Virus record (IMG/VR): IMGVR_UViG_3300031998_000058
Span: 1-64,000 of that record
DNA length: 64,000 nt
Origin: a virus
Lineage: Duplodnaviria; Caudoviricetes
Reading direction: 5' to 3' (one strand)
Below the pieces are notes generated by a model, which worked only from the letters and a program-made list of their open reading frames with translations, ran no database searches and was not told the origin of the DNA. The position numbers were made by a program, and so were the translations under genes. This document shows positions 57,861-64,000 of this stretch, piece after piece. The first letter of the stretch is position 1, and every line of letters begins with the position of its first letter.

Positions 57861-57881
57861 GTCTTTCCTCCGATGTCGTGC

Positions 57882-58133
57882 TCAAATCGTGCTCATCTGT
57901 TTTTTCTTTCCCTTGACTTCGTTTATGAAGAAGCTCTCACAAAAGTAATAGTCGCTTCCAGGTATCGCGAATCTTGCTGTGTACCATCCATACTTGTAAT
58001 GCACATATGTCACAACACCTATGTATGTTTTTCCTGTGATGGATGACTTGTTCATTACGATGTCACCGGGGCGTACAATGCCAGTAAAAATGTCCATATA
58101 CTTTCCCTCCTGCTCAGGCAGATACGCTGCCAT
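57882..58133 (-). CDS. hypothetical protein
   Basis: ORF track; coupled. Confidence 0.5.
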   Translation of the reverse strand: MAAYLPEQEGKYMDIFTGIVRPGDIVMNKSSITGKTYIGVVTYVHYKYGWYTARFAIPGSDYYFCESFFINEVKGKKKQMSTI

Positions 58134-58812
58134 AGAGTCGATGGTTTAGTTTTTCCCCTTTGAATTCCACGATTCCACCATGGCACATTTCTATGATTCG
58201 GCTCCCTATCGCTTGATCAAAAGCAAGGATCTCCTGCACGCTTTTCTCTGTACTCACAATCACCGGAAGATAGTTCATGTATCGGTAATTGATAATCTCG
58301 TATAAGATGTTGATGTCCGCTTCTGTAAGTCTTCCTTTCAACATGTCATCAATGAACAACACCCGTGCCTCTGAATAGTGAGAAAGAATCTTCCCATAAG
58401 CTTCCTCGTCCAAAACGTTCTGCTTCAAATGAGTAGCCGCATTCCTGTACGCCATGTAAATGACGGGAATTCCTTTTTTCATTAATGCTCGCGATATTGC
58501 GATACCCAGATGAGTCTTTCCTGCTCCCACCTGTCCGCAGAACAGGATCGAGTTGGATCTATTGTGTTCATTCTTTTCGTAATCAACGGCATATTGCATG
58601 GCTCGTTGTTTCGCGTGTTCCAGGAAACGGTTCGTTCCGGTTATGTAATTGTCAAAGTTCTTTTTCTGGAATTCTTCAGAGATTCCGCTTTTCTTTAAAA
58701 GCTTCTCTGCATAACGGATCTTTAAGCAGCTGCACTGCTTTGCTACTTCCTCGCCATCCTCGTTGACCCTGAACGTATATCCCGTTCCACCGCATAAGGG
58801 GCATCTATCCAT
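58114..58812 (-). CDS. DnaC/IstB-like helicase loader ATPase
   Basis: CPLCGGTG Zn motif, GQVGAGKTH Walker A, LFIDD Walker B, SRI.EM. Confidence 0.9.
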   Translation of the reverse strand: MDRCPLCGGTGYTFRVNEDGEEVAKQCSCLKIRYAEKLLKKSGISEEFQKKNFDNYITGTNRFLEHAKQRAMQYAVDYEKNEHNRSNSILFCGQVGAGKTHLGIAISRALMKKGIPVIYMAYRNAATHLKQNVLDEEAYGKILSHYSEARVLFIDDMLKGRLTEADINILYEIINYRYMNYLPVIVSTEKSVQEILAFDQAIGSRIIEMCHGGIVEFKGEKLNHRLYGSVSA

Positions 58813-58817
58813 TCATT

Positions 58818-59693
58818 TCACCTTCTTTCCTGCTCCGAGCCTGTATCCCAGTTGTTGACCAGACGCTCGATCAATTCCGGAGGATAGTCATTTGCAGCCT
58901 GTCGTGACGACAATGACGGGGCAGATGGCCGGATCCGGTCCCAGATGATCCCCTGCCAGTTCTGGCTCATGCTGAGACGTATTACATCGATGACCGGCTG
59001 TGGACCATACTCTCGTATTTTGTTGTCAATCTGCGAGAGCAGGTTCTTTAAACCTGTAGATTTATAGTTCTGTCTCTTCTCGCACTTGTAAGCTACCCAC
59101 TCAAGAACGGTCTTCTCTACTTCGGAAGAAAATCCATGTTCCAGGATGATTTCTTTGGCAGTGGGTCCGTGCGCACCTTGTGCGCTATTACTTTTACTCT
59201 TCTCTTCTCTACTCTTCTCTTCTCTACTCTGTGTATTACTGTCAGCATTTTTTGAGTTATTGCGTACATTAACTCGGTTATTGTTTGCAGAAACCTTATT
59301 AATGTCATCGCTTATTAAAAGGTATCTTTTTTCCAGTGTTACTTTTTCTCGCCTGGCTACGGCTTTTAAATATCTCTTCTGGATCCCGGATGATGTTAGG
59401 ATCTGATATTTGCGAAAAAGTTCTTCTGAAAAAATACCTCTTCTGATGCAGGCAGCTACGATTTCCTGTATTAAGTTTTTGTCACCCCCTGTAGCACCGT
59501 GTTCCGACATAAACAGTAGTGACCTATCTTCGTCCCAGGTCATGTAGTAACCCCGCCCTCCGTAAATCTCCTGAAGCAACAGAACGACTACCGCAAACCC
59601 TTTGAGCCCAAATTCTGCCTGTATCAGCCGTACTTTCTCATCCATGTGACAGTCCAATTCAAAGTAGTCAAGACCTTCCTTGAATGGACGCAC
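58818..59693 (-). CDS. replication initiator (DUF4373/Lin1244-like N-terminus)
   Basis: GLDYFELD..MDEKV..I.AEFG.KG; LTS.GIQKRY; SREEKSREEK linker; NWQGI C-domain. Confidence 0.8.
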   Translation of the reverse strand: MRPFKEGLDYFELDCHMDEKVRLIQAEFGLKGFAVVVLLLQEIYGGRGYYMTWDEDRSLLFMSEHGATGGDKNLIQEIVAACIRRGIFSEELFRKYQILTSSGIQKRYLKAVARREKVTLEKRYLLISDDINKVSANNNRVNVRNNSKNADSNTQSREEKSREEKSKSNSAQGAHGPTAKEIILEHGFSSEVEKTVLEWVAYKCEKRQNYKSTGLKNLLSQIDNKIREYGPQPVIDVIRLSMSQNWQGIIWDRIRPSAPSLSSRQAANDYPPELIERLVNNWDTGSEQERR

Positions 59694-59763
59694 TCTGTAA
59701 TCGCCTCCCTTTCTTGCTCAGTAGCTTCGAATGCTGCAATGTTGTATGCGTTACAGACACGTC

Positions 59764-60258
59764 TTAAATTGACGGTCTGTAACTGTCAGCAGCGGAAACA
59801 GGTTCCGCTTCCGTATCGTCTCCCAGTGACTCCATTGTGTCGGCACGTTCGATCATTGCCCGAATCTCCGGTGTGGAATAGAGCGCCAGCAGAAAAGCAT
59901 CCCACGATTGCGCATGCAGCCATACAGGATTCAACTCTACCCATTCACGTTTCTCTCCCTTGTGTTCGCCCTTTTCTGCGACAAACGTTCTGGTTGACTG
60001 CAAGCCAGCGCACAAAACGGTGTCACTCTTTTCAAGAGCGCGAGCTGCAAAGGATACGTCACTGTCTCCCCAGATCACCACATTCATAAAGCAGTGAGTG
60101 TAATACTTAAGGTTGAACGATACTTTTGTGTTCTTGAAATATTCTATTTTCGGATCATCTGTCAGCCTGCCGCAGATTACGACGAATTGATATGTCTTCT
60201 CGTCATTTACGTTCTCGCTCTTGAACTTGGCAGAACGAAACAGTATACCTTCGTTCAT
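59764..60258 (-). CDS. ssb: single-stranded DNA-binding protein
   Basis: VICGRLTDDP OB-fold start; acidic tail. Confidence 0.7.
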   Translation of the reverse strand: MNEGILFRSAKFKSENVNDEKTYQFVVICGRLTDDPKIEYFKNTKVSFNLKYYTHCFMNVVIWGDSDVSFAARALEKSDTVLCAGLQSTRTFVAEKGEHKGEKREWVELNPVWLHAQSWDAFLLALYSTPEIRAMIERADTMESLGDDTEAEPVSAADSYRPSI

Positions 60259-60328
60259 AGCTCCTCCTGAATGTACTTGGTATCAGGGACGTCTTACGCG
60301 TCACGACAGACGCCCCTGTGAGTCATGA

Positions 60329-61366
60329 TTACTGTGGCATGGAAACATTTCCGTTAGAACGAATAAACTCTTCCTGTTCAAAATTGTTTTCTGGAGATTC
60401 CTGTTTGGCTTTTGCTGCAGCAGGATCTTTGCTGCTATCAGCCTCGGATACAGTCGCGGTGGACTCTACTACCGAACGAGCATTGTTCACAGTGTCTGCA
60501 TTAGCCTTTAAGACAACAGGATCGTCGGCATAAATAACACCATCGCTTCTCTCTTGGGCCAGCTCGTTATTTACCACCTCGCGCATCTGTGTGCTCAGCG
60601 GAGCCTTACCACTGTTCAGAAGCTGCATCAAAACAGTCTTCTTACACATCTTCAAATGTTCTTCTGAAAGTGGCGGTGCATACCAAGGTGATACCTTTCC
60701 GCGAAGCTTCTGTGCCATTTTCGGATCCGTTTTATCCAACTCACCGGAGATGAACTTTTCATATGTCTCACGATTGAAAGCCTGAGCGTATTTGTCCGCG
60801 TGGTTCAAAATCTTGTCATAGGACCAATAGATGGCTTTGAAGAATCCGTTCTGAAGCTCAAAGAATGCATAGATGCCGGACACCGGGAGCTTCTCACGTT
60901 CATCCTCGTCCTCGATCCATTCGACTATCGGACGGCGGGTCTTTGGGTCCCTGCCTTTGTACTCGCCCTCTCTGACGTCATATGCATCGAAATCGATATA
61001 ATATCCGGAGTTAGTGGCCAGCTGTGAAAACCCCTTATAACCAGTCTGGTAAGCTGCTGTCTTTCCATACGCAACGATGCTGTAATGGTCCAGGGCCAAG
61101 GACAACCCCATGCCTTCTCCTCTGAGTGCAGCCGCAACTACCGAACCAGGATCGCAGTCCTTGAGCTTGTCATCAGACGCAACAATAGAAATCAGTGTCG
61201 ATGCAAAGTTGGCTGAACGTTGCGGATCCTTTAATGTGTTCTGAATCAGATTGCGAAGTTTGTCACCGTTAACGGCTTCTGAGAACGTAAGCCTTTCCTG
61301 TGGCCGAGCTGACGGGGCAAGCTGTTTCTGTACAACTTTCATGTTCTTTCTCCTCCTGTTATGCAA
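60329..61366 (-). CDS. recT: RecT-family recombinase
   Basis: L..CDPGSV..AAL..GL.L..., YQTGYKG..QLA, V.EG, M.KKTV..LL. Confidence 0.85.
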   Translation of the reverse strand: MHNRRRKNMKVVQKQLAPSARPQERLTFSEAVNGDKLRNLIQNTLKDPQRSANFASTLISIVASDDKLKDCDPGSVVAAALRGEGMGLSLALDHYSIVAYGKTAAYQTGYKGFSQLATNSGYYIDFDAYDVREGEYKGRDPKTRRPIVEWIEDEDEREKLPVSGIYAFFELQNGFFKAIYWSYDKILNHADKYAQAFNRETYEKFISGELDKTDPKMAQKLRGKVSPWYAPPLSEEHLKMCKKTVLMQLLNSGKAPLSTQMREVVNNELAQERSDGVIYADDPVVLKANADTVNNARSVVESTATVSEADSSKDPAAAKAKQESPENNFEQEEFIRSNGNVSMPQ

Positions 61367-61625
61367 AGATTTGCTTTTTATATCTCAAATAGGTTGTTTT
61401 GCTGATCTGCAGTATTTGCAGGATTTCTCTACGAGTAACATGTTCTGAAAGCAGTTCTTTCAGCAGTTCTTTCTTATGCCTCGGATCATTACAGATACAG
61501 TTGTCACAATCGCTTTTCCCGCATGATAGGCATTTATTGATCTCTGCCTGCGGTGATGGTTTAAATGTCGAGACTGCTATCACTGCATCATCCGAATTCC
61601 ATGGCAAGCGTCCCCTTATCACCAT
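61359..61625 (-). CDS. Cys-cluster plus HTH hypothetical protein
   Basis: CLSCGKSDCDNC; C-terminal ILQISKTTYLRY. Confidence 0.55.
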   Translation of the reverse strand: MVIRGRLPWNSDDAVIAVSTFKPSPQAEINKCLSCGKSDCDNCICNDPRHKKELLKELLSEHVTRREILQILQISKTTYLRYKKQIFA

Positions 61626-61643
61626 TATTCACCCCTCCTGTTT

Positions 61644-62060
61644 TCATATCTCTATAAGTGTTACATCCACGCGTGGGTTTTCTCCATAGACCTTATTCAC
61701 GATCAGGCGGGATACTCCGGAATCGTCCTCAAACGCTATCTTGTTCAAGGCGTCTAACACTACTTTTGCCAGATTGTCACAGTCCACTTTCTTTGTGTGT
61801 AATATCTCGCCGGCAATCATGGCCTCGCGTTTCTTTCGGCTGACGGACTGAGGTATCGGAAAAACGCCTGTGATCCTTGCCTCAATCGGAGCGTTCAGCT
61901 TCACGAATCCAACCTGTTCCGCATATGACATCTTGATCAGGTTCTCATAAACGATGGTCTCCTCTGGTGTGTATGCCCTGGCAAACTTCCCTTGGACGCT
62001 CACCCTCGGCCTTCCCTTACCACGCGGATTCCCCGGCACGGAAAAAGTAACCTCGCTCAT
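61644..62060 (-). CDS. rusA: RusA Holliday junction resolvase
   Basis: PRGKGRPR, KKVDCDNLAKVVLDALN..DDSGV. Confidence 0.9.
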   Translation of the reverse strand: MSEVTFSVPGNPRGKGRPRVSVQGKFARAYTPEETIVYENLIKMSYAEQVGFVKLNAPIEARITGVFPIPQSVSRKKREAMIAGEILHTKKVDCDNLAKVVLDALNKIAFEDDSGVSRLIVNKVYGENPRVDVTLIEI

Positions 62061-62893
62061 ACAAACCCCCTGAGCCTGCAGGACAGGCGATTCTGCGCAC
62101 AGAAGTTAACAAGCTGTTCTTCCTCTTCTTGGGACGTGCATACTACGGAATATTCCTTTGCTCCCTTGAAGGTCTGGACCTCCGGTTCGGGTTCGGCCTC
62201 TGGTATCGGCTCAGCTTTTTGAGCACTCTTAGCCTCTTCTGCCCTCATTACTTTTGCCTTGGCATCTGCCACAGCCACAAGTCTCGTACGCATTTCAATC
62301 GCAGCTTCTAAACTGCCGGTACGCTTGTACTCATCTAACATCATCCCGCGGTATTCTTCTTCGAGACTAAGGATCATAGCTACATTATTGTCAGAACGGT
62401 ATATGGCATCATCGATTTCCTGCTGTGCAGTCTCTATGGAATACGTAGCGTTCGTCCACTTCGGGTTGACCGTCTGCTCAAACCTTATATACTCAGGGTA
62501 TTTTTTTGGAGCGTTATCAAAATACTCGGTCAGTAACTGAATCTTTTCCGCTTTTGCTCTGGCTTGATATTCTTTTACCTGCATGTCCAGATTGTTGATT
62601 GCTTCTTCGCAGATTGCGGTGAGCCCCTTGCATTTTCTTTCAAACGCATCCAGCGGAGCTGTATAGACTTTCTTGACACGCTTGCGCATGTCATCGATAT
62701 TCTTGAAGACCTTTCTTAATTTTGCCAGGTCTGTTTTTGCGTCCGGAAGGTCCTCTTTTGTGACGACCATGTTCTTATAAGGAGCAATGATCTCGGAGAG
62801 CGCAACTTCCATCTCTTCCCAGTTTGCGCTCAGCTCCAGTTCATTAATGGTGGACAGTGCGGTATTATCTATGTTGAAAGTAAATTCTGCCAT
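62057..62893 (-). CDS. DUF1351-family protein
   Basis: AKTDLAKLRK..IDDMRKRVKK.Y..PL..FE; W.NATYS. Confidence 0.75.
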   Translation of the reverse strand: MAEFTFNIDNTALSTINELELSANWEEMEVALSEIIAPYKNMVVTKEDLPDAKTDLAKLRKVFKNIDDMRKRVKKVYTAPLDAFERKCKGLTAICEEAINNLDMQVKEYQARAKAEKIQLLTEYFDNAPKKYPEYIRFEQTVNPKWTNATYSIETAQQEIDDAIYRSDNNVAMILSLEEEYRGMMLDEYKRTGSLEAAIEMRTRLVAVADAKAKVMRAEEAKSAQKAEPIPEAEPEPEVQTFKGAKEYSVVCTSQEEEEQLVNFCAQNRLSCRLRGFV

Positions 62894-62897
62894 GCCT

Positions 62898-63125
62898 TTA
62901 TCCCTCCGCCCGAACCAGCTTGTATGTTGCGAAGTTCACCTTGTTTCCGAACTTGTCTTTTCCGCTTGTATCAGTGGTCAAAATAGGGTAGCCTTCTTTT
63001 CTGAGCTTGTGAACGATATCAGCCAGGCGCGATGCTCCGAAAAAGTTCCATGCTTCTTCTGACGTTAATGTCCTGCCTTTTTGCAGGTATTCCAGTACCA
63101 TTTGCTTCTTAGTTACCTTTGTCAT
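62898..63125 (-). CDS. winged HTH protein
   Basis: VLEYLQKG.TLTS.EA...G.SRLA.IVH.LRK.GY.I. Confidence 0.75.
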   Translation of the reverse strand: MTKVTKKQMVLEYLQKGRTLTSEEAWNFFGASRLADIVHKLRKEGYPILTTDTSGKDKFGNKVNFATYKLVRAEG

Positions 63126-63352
63126 GATTTGTCTACCTCCGTTATTTTTTGTACTCTGTCAGCCCACTCCTGAGATATCGTTGACTCCGGAAGGTTGACC
63201 TGCGTTACTATAGCTCGTTTTATTTCAGGCGGATCCCCTGCCGGCGCAAGCACCTTCATCAGAGGTGTGAGCGCAAGGTCCGTCCGGTATGTATATTCCT
63301 TGCCGGAATAAAAGTTTGTATGTTTGTCCATATACTTGACTTTTATGATCAT
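63122..63352 (-). CDS. hypothetical protein
   Basis: ORF with YSGKEYTY motif. Confidence 0.55.
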   Translation of the reverse strand: MIIKVKYMDKHTNFYSGKEYTYRTDLALTPLMKVLAPAGDPPEIKRAIVTQVNLPESTISQEWADRVQKITEVDKS

Positions 63353-63454
63353 GACAGACCCCTTATTACTCCTATCGTTAAACAGACTGCTAACGCTCCT
63401 ATGGTGATCAAAAACATGTGATCAAAGAAATACTTCATGTGCTGTTCTCCCCCT

Positions 63455-64000
63455 TTAGAACAAAATTGTCATGGCCGGTATTGCTTTGTTCTGTACACTG
63501 TTCCAGAACTCGGTTTCTTTCTTCAAAAGCCATCCCATGTCCTCTTGTATGTCTTCTCTGTCAAATCGGTATTCCCGGATCGTCATATCCTCTTCACGAT
63601 TGATGAGGGCTGCGTACAGAACAACAAAGTCGTAGTCCATGACAATAATCTCGTGAAGGCACTGAAGGTAATAATTCCTCGGTATTTGACAATCCCATTT
63701 GGCCCATCCCGCTTTCCCGACAGGGGTCGATGTTTTGATTTCCAGACAGCCTTTCTTCTTATTGGCTTTATCGATGATTCTTCCATCCAACGTTACAGTC
63801 ATCCACTCTCTCCCCTTCTGATACCAGATGTCATAAGGCTCATGACGGATGCTGTACTCGGGATGTTTGGCCTTATATAAGGTCCGGAGGGCAGGCTCCA
63901 ATCTAATCCCCTGCTGTACAAAGAAATCGTTTGATACATCCCTAGGCTTCGCGCTACCAGTCTTCTCAGCCCACAACGCATCGGCGGTCTTCCATGGAGA
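63455..64000 (-). CDS. YqaJ-like viral recombinase exonuclease (5' truncated by window)
   Basis: frame open to window edge (SPWKTADALWAEKTG); TLDG, LEIKT, YYLQCLH motifs. Confidence 0.85.
   Translation of the reverse strand, partial: SPWKTADALWAEKTGSAKPRDVSNDFFVQQGIRLEPALRTLYKAKHPEYSIRHEPYDIWYQKGREWMTVTLDGRIIDKANKKKGCLEIKTSTPVGKAGWAKWDCQIPRNYYLQCLHEIIVMDYDFVVLYAALINREEDMTIREYRFDREDIQEDMGWLLKKETEFWNSVQNKAIPAMTILF

Noticed and set aside
59196-59230. 15-bp tandem repeat in the Rep gene as a VNTR or iteron
   Set aside because: Encodes the ordinary SREEK linker common in phage initiators; in frame and only ~2.3 copies.
1-64000. CRISPR array or integrase/att site
   Set aside because: No regularly spaced repeat-spacer pattern and no recombinase ORF seen.
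1-64000. Stop-codon reassignment
   Set aside because: Genes are full length and tightly packed under the standard code; no suppressor tRNA seen.

Overview
64 kb of a large tailed (siphovirus-like) dsDNA phage or prophage. A Bacillota/Clostridia-type gut or rumen host is inferred from gene families and strong AGGAGG RBSs. A short + strand arm of small accessory genes (16-2246) converges at a terminator on one long - strand arm. In transcription order that arm carries: recombination/replication genes (YqaJ exonuclease, DUF1351, RusA, RecT, SSB, Rep, DnaC-like); DNA-modification/nucleotide genes (PAPS-reductase-like, N6-adenine MTase, thymidylate synthase, dNTP diphosphohydrolase); a ~750 bp structured non-coding island with two tRNA-like elements; many small hypothetical genes; packaging/head genes; holin and endolysin; neck genes; a fibre/decoration cluster; a GT2 glycosyltransferase; four tandem BspA-type LRR genes; and the tail module, which holds a fifth LRR gene and a second GT2. 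Strongest signals: (1) poly-G tracts placed exactly at frame junctions of fibre genes and of the MTase (candidate phase-variation switches; assembly homopolymer error not excluded); (2) a four-copy covarying hairpin-linker-terminator RNA element punctuating the late region (candidate antitermination system); (3) an apparently recombining LRR receptor-binding cassette array; (4) the structured ncRNA island. No integrase, reverse transcriptase, DNA polymerase or CRISPR array is visible. Product calls come from motif recognition and gene position, not database searches.
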